This document shows, in pieces, positions 33,769 through 43,305 of a DNA stretch of 64,000 bases. The notes beneath the pieces were generated by a model, which saw only the letters and a list, made by a program, of their open reading frames with translations, did not search any database and was not told where the DNA came from. The first letter of the stretch is position 1, and every line of letters starts with the position of its first letter. Position numbers and translations under genes: made by a program. Origin of the DNA: Acidimicrobium sp. (lineage in GTDB: Bacteria; Actinomycetota; Acidimicrobiia; Acidimicrobiales; Ilumatobacteraceae); NCBI GenBank assembly GCA_002737635.1, contig NSIC01000001.1, positions 16,891 to 80,890 of the forward strand, given 5' to 3'.

Positions 33769-34874
33769 ATTGCCGCTCGATACACCTGGGCTAAATCTTT
33801 GCCAGAGTTTAAAATCGAAAAATTTGCTGCGCGAAGTTTGCCCGCCGCAATCAGCATCTCGCGCCTAGTCGCCACCGTTTCGAGTGCGCTCGCCCAGACG
33901 CTCAAATTAAGTGGCAGAACCAAACCAGCGTCGCCAACAATTTCGGGCAGTGCCGCACAGTCGCTGGCAATCACGGGTGTTTCAAGTTTCATCGCTTCAA
34001 TAACCGGGGCGCCAAAGCCCTCGTACAAACTCGGAAACACCAACGCCCTGGCAAGCTTCAACAGGCCGTCCCGATCTTCGTCGACAACTCGGTCGAGGCG
34101 CACAACACGGTCGTCCAAATTGAGGCGACGAACTTCACGCATGAATTCGATTTCGCCACGACCCTTGCCTCCAGCGCAAACCAAAACAAGATTTTTGTCG
34201 ACCCAGTGCGACTTCATCACCTGCAACAAGAATTTGTGATTTTTATGCGGGTGTGTGACTGCCGGCAAGAACAAAACATCTTTGTTTTCAAGTCGCAATC
34301 TCCGACGCAACTCTTGCTCGCTCGTGGCCGACTTACCGAGACGGTCGTCAATGCCGTGTCGCACAACTTTGACTTTTGTTGGCGAAACTACAAACTTGTT
34401 GATCAACTTCTGACGAACATATTCACTCGGCGTGCTTACTATTGATGCCCTTGCTACAGAATGCGGCACAACTCTGCTTAGGTAGCCCAATCGAATGCGA
34501 CTGAAGTTTTCTGGAAACGAAAGATATTGCACATCGTGAATCGTCAACACTGTGCGTCGGCCGGCAAATCGTGGCATCGTGCCACCACCATGGTGCATAA
34601 GGTCGAACTTTCGCGCTTTAAAAGCCAGCCAAGTTTGTTCGAGCAAAACTCGCAATACTCGCACGCCACCATGACGCGGCGCTTCAACACATTTATACAT
34701 TTTTGCCAGTTGCCCATGATGTTGCGCAAAATCTTCTTGCACGAACAGCGTCACATCAAATTCGTTGTTGTTGGTTTCATACAGACCGGTTAGTTGACGA
34801 AGCAAATATTCTTGCGAGCCACCCACCTGTCCCGTGCGAAGCCACAATAAGTTGACACCGACACGAACTGTCAT
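33765..34874 (-). CDS. Glycosyltransferase family 4
   Basis: TIHD, HKNH, FPSLYEGFGAPVIEAM. Confidence 0.93.
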   Translation of the reverse strand: MTVRVGVNLLWLRTGQVGGSQEYLLRQLTGLYETNNNEFDVTLFVQEDFAQHHGQLAKMYKCVEAPRHGGVRVLRVLLEQTWLAFKARKFDLMHHGGGTMPRFAGRRTVLTIHDVQYLSFPENFSRIRLGYLSRVVPHSVARASIVSTPSEYVRQKLINKFVVSPTKVKVVRHGIDDRLGKSATSEQELRRRLRLENKDVLFLPAVTHPHKNHKFLLQVMKSHWVDKNLVLVCAGGKGRGEIEFMREVRRLNLDDRVVRLDRVVDEDRDGLLKLARALVFPSLYEGFGAPVIEAMKLETPVIASDCAALPEIVGDAGLVLPLNLSVWASALETVATRREMLIAAGKLRAANFSILNSGKDLAQVYRAAM

Positions 34875-35959
34875 CGCACTACCTGTTCGTACACTTCTGC
34901 TGTTTTTGTCGCGGTTGCCTGCCAAGTCATTTCACTTGCGCGCGCGAGACCAAGACGCGACAACTCAGACTTTTGATTCAGGGCCTGCAACACACCACTG
35001 GCGATGCTGTCAATATCGAGCGGGTCAACCAACACTGCAGCACTTCCCGCGACTTCTTGGGTCGACGAGCCCTTGCTAGTCAAAACCGGCGTGCCATAAC
35101 TCATTGCCTCGAGAATCGGCAAGCCAAAACCCTCCATTAGAGATGGATAACAAAGCGCTTCAGCCGATGCATAGATCGCCCCGAGGTCACCTGGTTGCAC
35201 AAACCCAACAAAATGCACTCGAGATTTGACGCCGCTCGACATGCTTTCATTTTCAGATACATCGCCCCAACCAGTTGCACCAACCACCACAAGATCGGGC
35301 ACCGAATCGCCGAGAGTTTGAAGAGCTGCGATTAGCTGCGACAAATTTTTGCGAGGTTCTAGAGTGCCCACAAACAGCAAATAATTTTCTGGCAAGTTAT
35401 AACGAGTTGTGATCTGATCTCGAGTAGTCATCACCATCGGCGCAGAAACCCCCAAAGGTACGTGGCGCAATCGGTCGCGCGAAAAACCGAACTCACTGCA
35501 ATCTTCGAGTGTCGACTGCGAAGAGCAGAGCAACATGTCGGCACGCTTCAACAAAATTTTAAGACTGCGTCGAAACACCGAGTTGCCGCGTCGGCTAAAA
35601 AATTGCGGATACTTCAAAAATGCCAGATCATGAATCGTCGCCACCATTTTTGCGTTCGTCGCAAACGGAATTATCGAAGTGCAGTGCAGCAAATCAACCT
35701 TGCCCGTCGCAGTCTCGACTTTCGGCCAGCCAAATCGCATCGAGGTCTCATAGAGAGCAGGCCCGCTTAACAAAAGTTGCTGCACAGTTATTGGCAGTCG
35801 ATAGGCACCCTGCGGTTCTACGCTGTGGCGGCCCGCAAAACCCACGAGTTCAATCTCGCGGCGCAAGCCCGGCAAAACTCGAGCGACTTCAATCGCAGCG
35901 GTCGCAGTACCCCCTGGCACGCGATGCCAGCACTGTTCCAAAGAGTAGGCAACACGCAT
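34871..35959 (-). CDS. Glycosyltransferase family 4
   Basis: TIHDLAF, GTLEPRKN, YPSLMEGFGLPILEAM. Confidence 0.93.
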   Translation of the reverse strand: MRVAYSLEQCWHRVPGGTATAAIEVARVLPGLRREIELVGFAGRHSVEPQGAYRLPITVQQLLLSGPALYETSMRFGWPKVETATGKVDLLHCTSIIPFATNAKMVATIHDLAFLKYPQFFSRRGNSVFRRSLKILLKRADMLLCSSQSTLEDCSEFGFSRDRLRHVPLGVSAPMVMTTRDQITTRYNLPENYLLFVGTLEPRKNLSQLIAALQTLGDSVPDLVVVGATGWGDVSENESMSSGVKSRVHFVGFVQPGDLGAIYASAEALCYPSLMEGFGLPILEAMSYGTPVLTSKGSSTQEVAGSAAVLVDPLDIDSIASGVLQALNQKSELSRLGLARASEMTWQATATKTAEVYEQVVR

Positions 35960-36061
35960 CCCTTCTATTCTGCCCGCGTCGGCTTGGTAATTGGTGCAAA
36001 GCCACAACGGCTGAACTCAAGTCCATGGCAGGGCTCTGTGTCGTACGATATAAATAGCAAT

Positions 36062-37039
36062 ATGAGCGAAAAAACTTCGTCACCAAAATTTTGGAAAACC
36101 CGCACCGTTTTGGTTACGGGTGGCAACGGTTTTCTCGGTCGCAATGTCGTCGAAGCATTTACGAGCATGGGTGCAACGGTTATCACCCCAACTCACAAGC
36201 AAGCCGATCTCACTATTCCTGGTGTCGCACTCGAGTTGTTTAAAACACACAAACCAAGCCATGTCGTGCATTTGGCGGCGCGAGTCGGTGGCATCGGCTA
36301 CAACCAAGTTGCACCAGCGCCTCTTTATCTCGACAACTTGTTGATGGGCACTCAGACGATTGAAGCCGCGCGACTTGCCGGAGTCGAGAAAACAATTTTG
36401 CTTGGCACCGTGTGCAGTTACCCGAAGTTCACACCTGTGCCGTTTCGTGAAGAATCAATCTGGGACGGCTACCCCGAAGAGACAAATGCGCCATACGGCA
36501 TCGCCAAGAAGGCTCTGTTGGTGCACGCTCAAGTCAACGCCCAACAATATGGTCAGAAGTTTGCGTTCTTGATACCAACAAATTTGTTTGGCCCGGGCGA
36601 CAAGTTTCATCCTGATGTTTCGCATGTGATTCCGGCATTGATCAAAAAATGTGTCGAAGCCAAAGAACAAAAACTTGACAAGATCGATGTCTGGGGCACC
36701 GGGTCGGCCAGTCGCGACTATTTATATGTCAAAGATGCTGCTCGCGCAATTTTGCTCGCCAGCGAACTGCACGATTCAACCGAGCCACTCAACTTGGGCA
36801 ACAATCGCGAAATAACAATTCGTGAAACCGCAGAGACGATTGCTCGCATCGTTGGGTTTTCGGGCAAACTCGTTTGGGACTCTTCTCGCCCAGATGGTCA
36901 ACCTCGCCGCCGAGTCGATGCCTCTCGCGCCGAGCGCGAACTTGGCTGGCATGCGTCTACCGACTTTGAAGACGGCCTGCACGAAACCGTGAAGTGGTTT
37001 CTTGCGAACCGCCAAGAAGCCTTGACTCTTCACGCATAA
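36062..37039 (+). CDS. fcl: GDP-L-fucose synthase
   Basis: TGGNGFLG, LAARVGGI, GTVCSYP, YGIAK, PTNLFGPGD, SHVIPALI, PDGQPRR. Confidence 0.92.
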   Translation: MSEKTSSPKFWKTRTVLVTGGNGFLGRNVVEAFTSMGATVITPTHKQADLTIPGVALELFKTHKPSHVVHLAARVGGIGYNQVAPAPLYLDNLLMGTQTIEAARLAGVEKTILLGTVCSYPKFTPVPFREESIWDGYPEETNAPYGIAKKALLVHAQVNAQQYGQKFAFLIPTNLFGPGDKFHPDVSHVIPALIKKCVEAKEQKLDKIDVWGTGSASRDYLYVKDAARAILLASELHDSTEPLNLGNNREITIRETAETIARIVGFSGKLVWDSSRPDGQPRRRVDASRAERELGWHASTDFEDGLHETVKWFLANRQEALTLHA

Positions 37040-37043
37040 CTTC

Positions 37044-37814
37044 GTGAGTTTTCCACCACCTCAACTTCCGCCGCCGTTGCCTCGCGCGCAACAATCAGCA
37101 TCTCAGTCACCACAACCTGCACGAAAGTCGCGATCGCCACGCCGCTCAAAGTCAGCGCGACCGCCTCGTCCAATCTTTCGCAGTTCAGCAAACAAAACAC
37201 CCGTCACGAACGCAATCGTGTCGATCAATGTGGGGCTGTATCTCTGGATGTCGCTTTCGGGTTTCGAACAGACATCAATAAATTTCGTCATCTCGCGACA
37301 GTTTTTAGAGCAGGGCGAATGGTACCGACTCATCAGTTGCGGCTTCGTGCACTTTGGCATCTTTCATGTGGCGATGAACATGCTTTTGGCATTTCAACTC
37401 GGACAGTTATTTGAACAAAAAATCGGCTCGCTGCGATTTGGGTTGCTGTATCTGACATCTTTATTAGGCGGATCAATCGGTGCGCTGGTAATCAGCCCCG
37501 ATGCAATAACAGGCGGCGCATCTGGTGCTGTATTTGGTCTTATGGCAGCAGCAGTCGTCGGTCTTCGACACGATCGAATCAACCCATTGCAAACGGGCAT
37601 TGGCATGACTTTCGTGCTGAACATCGTGATCACTCTCGTAATACCGGGCATCTCAGTTGGTGGCCACTTCGGCGGCGCCATCATTGGCGCGATCAGCAGT
37701 TTGTTCTTGTTGAACCCGAGCAACAAAATTGTTTCGAAGTTTCTTCAAATCGTCGGGCCAATTGCAATTTGTCTCGGTTTGATTTATCTGGCGGTGACTT
37801 TCGTAAACGCGTAA
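37044..37814 (+). CDS. Rhomboid intramembrane serine protease
   Basis: EWYRL, HVAMNM, GASG, GHFGG. Confidence 0.93.
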   Translation: MSFPPPQLPPPLPRAQQSASQSPQPARKSRSPRRSKSARPPRPIFRSSANKTPVTNAIVSINVGLYLWMSLSGFEQTSINFVISRQFLEQGEWYRLISCGFVHFGIFHVAMNMLLAFQLGQLFEQKIGSLRFGLLYLTSLLGGSIGALVISPDAITGGASGAVFGLMAAAVVGLRHDRINPLQTGIGMTFVLNIVITLVIPGISVGGHFGGAIIGAISSLFLLNPSNKIVSKFLQIVGPIAICLGLIYLAVTFVNA

Positions 37815-37837
37815 CACCCACTGATTACTCTGCATAC

Positions 37838-38236
37838 ATGCTTCACACGATCACCCCTCTATCAGATGTGCCGCGAGCACAACTCGACCCAATCACGACT
37901 CTTTCTGAAAAACTCAGCGTGTTCGCACTTGCACTTTCACGGCCCCTACGCCACGAAACAATTGCTTTGTGCTGCGACCATCAACAGCGCGGCGTTGGCA
38001 TCTTTGCATTTGACTCAAAACTTAAACTCACCCAAATAATCGAACGCATCATCGGTGCGGCAATCAATATCGACTCGACGACAACAATTTGTCTGCTCAG
38101 CTCGCGGCAAGGCGCCGGTCGAGATTTAGCCGACGCATCACAGTTTTTTATGGCCAAGAACCGCTGTCAAGATGCTGGTCTCGAACTCACAGATTGGTTT
38201 CTCGTCGCCAATGGCGAGACATGTATCTTGCAATAA
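37838..38236 (+). CDS. Hypothetical protein, possibly a degenerate RadC/JAB fold
   Basis: HETIALCCD, ICLLSSR, AGLELTDWFLV resemble RadC motif spacing. Confidence 0.5.
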   Translation: MLHTITPLSDVPRAQLDPITTLSEKLSVFALALSRPLRHETIALCCDHQQRGVGIFAFDSKLKLTQIIERIIGAAINIDSTTTICLLSSRQGAGRDLADASQFFMAKNRCQDAGLELTDWFLVANGETCILQ

Positions 38237-38258
38237 CGCATCCAGCGCGTAGTCGCAG

Positions 38259-38486
38259 TTAACTGTGGCAACCACAGCCAGAGCCACATCCACCCATTTT
38301 TGGTGCGGGCATTACAGGCGCAGCCGAGGCACTGCTGCCACCGCCAACCGAGGCAAAAACTGAAAGCAGTCGCACTGCATTTTCGTGGCCCAGTGAGCAC
38401 TTGGCAGGCTCATTAGCAGCCGACATCGCGCGTCGCTCTTCAAATACTTCGTCGCATGTTCGACAGCGAAATTCGTACATCGGCAT
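38259..38486 (-). CDS. FmdB family zinc-ribbon protein
   Basis: MPMYEFRCRTC..FE, CSLGH, C-terminal CGSGCGCH. Confidence 0.9.
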   Translation of the reverse strand: MPMYEFRCRTCDEVFEERRAMSAANEPAKCSLGHENAVRLLSVFASVGGGSSASAAPVMPAPKMGGCGSGCGCHS

Positions 38487-38545
38487 AGTTTGCAGTCTAG
38501 ATGTTGCTATCCGACCAGCGCTAGAGCGATAAATACGTTCAATTA

Positions 38546-38866
38546 ATGATTAAATTAAGTGTGTTCTCTGCTCAATCGTCGACGACTCAGACCGCACCCG
38601 GCACAACAGTTGAACAACAAACAGAATATGTTTTGCAAACTGGCAAGCCGCTCGTCGCCCACATCGTCAAAACCGAGAAAGACGAATCAGCGGCCGCCAA
38701 AGTGCTCGAAGCACGCATCAACGGCACACCGTTAGAAGCACTGTGTGGCCATGTTTGGGTGCCATCGCGCGACCCAAAACAGTTGCCGATGTGCCAAGCG
38801 TGCAAAGAAGTCTACGAAATGTATCGCGGCTTCAACGACGAACTAAACGAACAGCCGACCGAATAG
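38546..38866 (+). CDS. DUF3039 domain protein
   Basis: AHIV, ALCGHVWVPSRDP, PMCQACKEVYE. Confidence 0.88.
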   Translation: MIKLSVFSAQSSTTQTAPGTTVEQQTEYVLQTGKPLVAHIVKTEKDESAAAKVLEARINGTPLEALCGHVWVPSRDPKQLPMCQACKEVYEMYRGFNDELNEQPTE

Positions 38867-38876
38867 CACGCAATAA

Positions 38877-39503
38877 ATGCCCGACTTTAACTCGTTAGTT
38901 TCGTTCGCGATCGCATCAGTTGCCTTGCTCGTGATACCTGGGCCAGCAGTTATCTACATCGTCAATCGCAGCGTGGCCAACGGTCGATCAATCGGTCTCG
39001 CCTCTGTGCTCGGTCTTGAACTCGGCACTTTTATGCATGTCTTGGCAGCGACCGTCGGCCTCTCAGCAATTTTGGCAACTTCAGAGAGCGCCTTCAACAT
39101 CGTCAAATATCTTGGTGCTTCGTATCTAGTGCTTGTTGGCTTGCGCACAATTTCGCGTCAGCCTCAAACGATGAGTACATCAGCAAGTTCAATGACAAAA
39201 GTGCAGGCATTTCGGCAGGGTTTCATTATCAACACACTCAACCCAAAAGTTGCCTTGTTTTTTCTTTCGTTTCTGCCACAATTCATCGACCCAGACAAAT
39301 CATCAAACGCTCTGCAGTCTTTGATGCTCGGCGCAGTGTTCGTGGCTTGTGGTTTTATTACAGACGGCGTTTACACGCTGACCGCCAGTTCATTGCGTGA
39401 AACTTTGGTCAAAGGCAAGGCCCTGCCATTTATTCAGCGATATGTTGCCGGCGTCGTATTCGTGCTGCTCGGCATCGTGGCTGGGTCAGCAAAAATCTCT
39501 TGA
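38877..39503 (+). CDS. LysE/RhtB family translocator
   Basis: IPGPAV, KYLGASYL, LNPKVALFF..FLPQF. Confidence 0.93.
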   Translation: MPDFNSLVSFAIASVALLVIPGPAVIYIVNRSVANGRSIGLASVLGLELGTFMHVLAATVGLSAILATSESAFNIVKYLGASYLVLVGLRTISRQPQTMSTSASSMTKVQAFRQGFIINTLNPKVALFFLSFLPQFIDPDKSSNALQSLMLGAVFVACGFITDGVYTLTASSLRETLVKGKALPFIQRYVAGVVFVLLGIVAGSAKIS

Positions 39504-42500
39504 ACTAACGCCGCGCGTCGCAATTTTTAGTTCGCTCAGATGCTCGGCGATGATGTTGACAACCCCTTGCGAAGATTCGATTCTGCCGCGCACAAGCAGC
39601 GCCGAAGCGTTGATTGCAGCATGGCGAAATCTTTTAAAACAGCCTTGCGAAACTATGACGTTGATCAAACCTGTTTCGTCTTCAAGGCTAAAAAATGTGA
39701 CGCCCCGCGAAGTAGACGGGCGTTGACGATGAGTGATCACACCGCCGACGAATATTTTTGAGCCGTTCTCAACTTTTGCCAGATCGTTGGCAGTGATGAC
39801 ACCGAGTTGGCTCAACTGGCCGCGCACAAACTGAGTGGGGTGACCGTCAATAGAAATGCCGGTTGACCAAAGATCGCAAATTGATTTTTCGATCGGTTGC
39901 ATGCCCGGCAATTGTGGTGAATCACTGCCGGTTGTCACGCCAGCCAAGCGCTCGGGTCGACTTTGAATAACAGCGCCTGCCGACCAGAGTGCATCTCTGC
40001 GCGATATTTCAAAACATTGCGAATAAGCACCGGCTGTTGCCAAAGTTTCGATTTGCGACAAACCGAGTTGAGGCACGCGACGAACGAGGTCTTCCATGCT
40101 TGCAAACGGTCGTGCGGCTTCGATGGTTTTCGCGAGTTCGTCACCGATGCCACGCACGCTAGAAATGCCGAGGCGTAACGCAAAGCCGCCGGCTGAGTTG
40201 TCGCACGGCTCTAAAGTTGCCGTGGCTTTTGAGGCGTTTAAATCTGGGCCCAACACGACCACACCATGTCGTTGTGCATCTTGCACCAGAGAATGTGGCG
40301 ACCAGAAACCCATCGGCTGGGCATTTAACAATGCAGCATAAAACGCCGTCGGCTCGTGAAACTTAATATACGAAGACGCATAGACGAGATAAGCAAAAGA
40401 AACCGAGTGGCTCTCTGGAAACCCGTAACTAGCGAACGCCTGCATCTTTTCAAAAATTTCGTCAGCGACCGCGCCAACGATTTTGTTTTGTGCCATGCCG
40501 TCGTAAAGTCGCTGACGAAGTCGTTGCATGCGAGCGTGCGAGCGTTTTGAACCCATGGCTTGGCGCAACTCATCGGCTTGGTTGGGTGTGAAGCCAGCGA
40601 TGTCGATCGCCATTTGCATCAACTGCTCTTGAAACAACGGCACGCCCAATGTTTTGCCCAAACTGTTTTCTAAAAGCGGATGTAGATACGTAACAGGTTC
40701 TTCACCGTTGCGCCGACGAATATATGGATGAACCGAGCCACCCTGAATTGGGCCGGGGCGAATCAACGCGACTTCGACAACCAAGTCATAAAACCTTCGG
40801 GGCTTGAGTCGCGGCAGTGTGGCCATTTGAGCGCGTGACTCAATTTGAAAAACACCCACGGTGTCGGCACGACACAACATTGCATAGACCTCGTCTTCTT
40901 GCGGAATCATCGCTAGATCAATCTGTTTGTCGCGAAACTCGGCGATCAGATCGACTGCGTTGTGCAGGGCCGAAAGCATGCCCAAACCCAAGAGATCGAA
41001 CTTAACGAGACCGATTGCCGCGCAATCGTCTTTGTCCCATTGCAAGACGCTGCGGTCTTTCATGCGACCCCACTCGACCGGGCAGACCTCGCTGACTGGT
41101 CGATCGCAAATCACCATACCCCCAGAGTGAATGCCCAAGTGCCGCGGGGCATCTAAAACTTGGCGTGCAAGATCTAAAACTTGAGCGGGTATTTCGTGTT
41201 GTGTGCTGTCAGGATTCGACAACGAGCCGTGCATGCCGACTTGCTTGCTCCAGGCGTCTTGCTGACCTGGGGCAAAACCCAATGCCCGAGCCATATCGCG
41301 AACAGCCGAACGCGAACGATATGTAATCACATTGGCGACTTGTGCCGCATGATGACGGTCATAGCGATTGAAAACATATTGAATTACTTCTTCGCGGCGA
41401 CCACTTTCGATGTCGATATCGATGTCTGGCGGCCCGTCGCGTTCTGTCGACAAGAAACGCTCGAACAACAAACCCAACGAAACAGCGTCAGCCTTGGTGA
41501 TGTCTAACGCAAAGCAAACTGCACTATTGGCTGCACTACCCCGACCTTGACAATAAATATTTGAACGCTGACAAAACTGCACGATGTCGAAAACGACCAA
41601 GAAATAACCGGCAAAGCCAAGTTGCTCGATGATTTTAAGCTCGTGATCAATTGTCTTCCATGCTCGAGCGCGCAGCGAAAGATCTTCGAGGCTGTTTGCA
41701 GGTCGAGCACCATATCTACGAGTTGCGCCTTGCTCTGCCAAGCGACGTAAATACGAAATTTCGTCAAGACCGTCTGGGCAAACAAACGGCGGAAGTTTTG
41801 GCGCGACTAGTGACAAGTCGAACGCCGAAGACTTGGCGATTTGCGTTGTTAGTTCGACGACACCTGGGTAGCGACCAAATCGTCGAAGTTGTTCTTTGCC
41901 GCTGCGAATATAGGCACTTGGCGCCGGTGGCAAGTGAGCATCGATTTCATCGAGACTTGATCGTTGTCTGACCGCCGCGAGCGCAACCGCCAGACGATGC
42001 TCGCGCAACGATGCATAACTCACATCGTTGGTTGCAATGCACTGCAAGTCGTGTCGCATTGCTAATTGCACAAGAGCATCATTGCGAGTCGAGTCGAGTG
42101 GGTCGCCATGGTCGCACAGTTCAACCAACACTCGATGGCGACCGAACTCACTAACCAGTTTTTGTAATTGACGAGATGCCACTTGCGGGCCGTGTAGTTC
42201 GAGTGCTTGATTGACAATGCCAGTGCTCGCACCAGTGAGCACCCAGCAACTATCGGCCAGACCTTCGGCAATCTTGGCCGTGTCAAAAACTGGTGCAGAC
42301 TTTGAACCTGCCAATTGGCCGAGCGTTATTGCATGAGAAAGTCGCGAGTAACCAGATGGTCCATCGGCGATCAATACAATTTGCGCATCGCCATCACGGC
42401 TGTCGTGACTCGAACATGTGAGTTCGGCGCCAAACAAAGTTGGTAAACCAAATGCTCGTGCCGCTTGAGCAAACTTGACGACGCCATAAAGACCGTTGCG

Positions 42501-42623
42501 ATCTGTTAGAGCGAGCGCCGCCAGTTGATTGTGCACCGCGGCTTCAACAAGTTGCTCGGGATGTGAAGCCCCATATAAAAACGAAAAATTCGACCGACAA
42601 TGCAGTTCTGCATAATCACCCAT
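39486..42623 (-). CDS. dnaE2: Error-prone DNA polymerase DnaE2 (ImuC)
   Basis: ELHCRSNFSFL, QGRGSAANS, PPDIDID, QIESRAQM, YGFPESH, RQRPST; start ATG 42623 downstream of SOS box. Confidence 0.97.
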   Translation of the reverse strand: MGDYAELHCRSNFSFLYGASHPEQLVEAAVHNQLAALALTDRNGLYGVVKFAQAARAFGLPTLFGAELTCSSHDSRDGDAQIVLIADGPSGYSRLSHAITLGQLAGSKSAPVFDTAKIAEGLADSCWVLTGASTGIVNQALELHGPQVASRQLQKLVSEFGRHRVLVELCDHGDPLDSTRNDALVQLAMRHDLQCIATNDVSYASLREHRLAVALAAVRQRSSLDEIDAHLPPAPSAYIRSGKEQLRRFGRYPGVVELTTQIAKSSAFDLSLVAPKLPPFVCPDGLDEISYLRRLAEQGATRRYGARPANSLEDLSLRARAWKTIDHELKIIEQLGFAGYFLVVFDIVQFCQRSNIYCQGRGSAANSAVCFALDITKADAVSLGLLFERFLSTERDGPPDIDIDIESGRREEVIQYVFNRYDRHHAAQVANVITYRSRSAVRDMARALGFAPGQQDAWSKQVGMHGSLSNPDSTQHEIPAQVLDLARQVLDAPRHLGIHSGGMVICDRPVSEVCPVEWGRMKDRSVLQWDKDDCAAIGLVKFDLLGLGMLSALHNAVDLIAEFRDKQIDLAMIPQEDEVYAMLCRADTVGVFQIESRAQMATLPRLKPRRFYDLVVEVALIRPGPIQGGSVHPYIRRRNGEEPVTYLHPLLENSLGKTLGVPLFQEQLMQMAIDIAGFTPNQADELRQAMGSKRSHARMQRLRQRLYDGMAQNKIVGAVADEIFEKMQAFASYGFPESHSVSFAYLVYASSYIKFHEPTAFYAALLNAQPMGFWSPHSLVQDAQRHGVVVLGPDLNASKATATLEPCDNSAGGFALRLGISSVRGIGDELAKTIEAARPFASMEDLVRRVPQLGLSQIETLATAGAYSQCFEISRRDALWSAGAVIQSRPERLAGVTTGSDSPQLPGMQPIEKSICDLWSTGISIDGHPTQFVRGQLSQLGVITANDLAKVENGSKIFVGGVITHRQRPSTSRGVTFFSLEDETGLINVIVSQGCFKRFRHAAINASALLVRGRIESSQGVVNIIAEHLSELKIATRGVSSRDFC

Positions 42624-42635
42624 TTGGCTAAGGGT

Positions 42636-42653
42636 AGCGAACATATGTTCGCT
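42636..42653. promoter_or_regulatory. LexA SOS box upstream of dnaE2
   Basis: Perfect palindrome AGCGAACATATGTTCGCT (GAAC-N4-GTTC) abutting minus-strand -10 TACCCT, which lies 7 nt before the ATG. Confidence 0.92.
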
Positions 42654-42679
42654 CTAGTCATGACGTTTTACGTCTTGTT

Positions 42680-43255
42680 TTACGTCTTGCCCTGCAATGA
42701 TTCGGCAACGATTTGCTCAGCGACGCGAATTGCACCGCGAGCACCGTCTTCTGAAACCCGCAATGCATCCGCAAAACTAAACCACTTCACTTGTTGGCTC
42801 TCGCCTGCTGCCGGAGCAAAAGTTTGGTTCGTCGCCCACAGCAAAAATCGCACATCAAGATGCGTGTGACCGCGTGGTCCTGGGTGAACATCAAGATGAA
42901 TAAATTTCGGATTTTTTTTGTCTGCACCAAAATGTTGCAGATCTAGACCTGTTTCTTCTTGCGCCTCGCGCATCGCGGCATCGTGAATCGACTCACCAGA
43001 GTCGATATGCCCGCCAGGTTGCAGCCACATATTTAGTCGCTTGTGCAGATGCAAGACAACGCCGGGTTCGCCAACAACGATCGCCGAAGCGGTGACATGA
43101 GTCGGATCGCTGTGTTCGTCGAATGGGGCTCGAAGACTCGGCACGAGTTCGCAAAAAGTTTTTATTGATTCGCGCTCGCGATCATCAATCGGTTTGTGAT
43201 CTGCTAGTTGCAGACAAAAGTCTTTGACGAATTCAAGACCAGAATCAGAAATCAC
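42680..43255 (-). CDS. Nudix hydrolase
   Basis: Complete Nudix box GHIDSGESIHDAAMREAQEETGL; HVTASA; GTG 43255 preceded by TATCGT-N7. Confidence 0.92.
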   Translation of the reverse strand: MISDSGLEFVKDFCLQLADHKPIDDRERESIKTFCELVPSLRAPFDEHSDPTHVTASAIVVGEPGVVLHLHKRLNMWLQPGGHIDSGESIHDAAMREAQEETGLDLQHFGADKKNPKFIHLDVHPGPRGHTHLDVRFLLWATNQTFAPAAGESQQVKWFSFADALRVSEDGARGAIRVAEQIVAESLQGKT

Positions 43256-43305
43256 TAGCTGAACGATACTTGCTCGCCTGACTGATGAATTATTGAGATT
43301 GCGAA

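Noticed and set aside
43256..43290. PafBC-type promoter upstream of the Nudix gene
   Set aside because: AGTCAG-N9-TATCGT deviates from TGTCGG-N10-TAnnnT in both sequence and spacing
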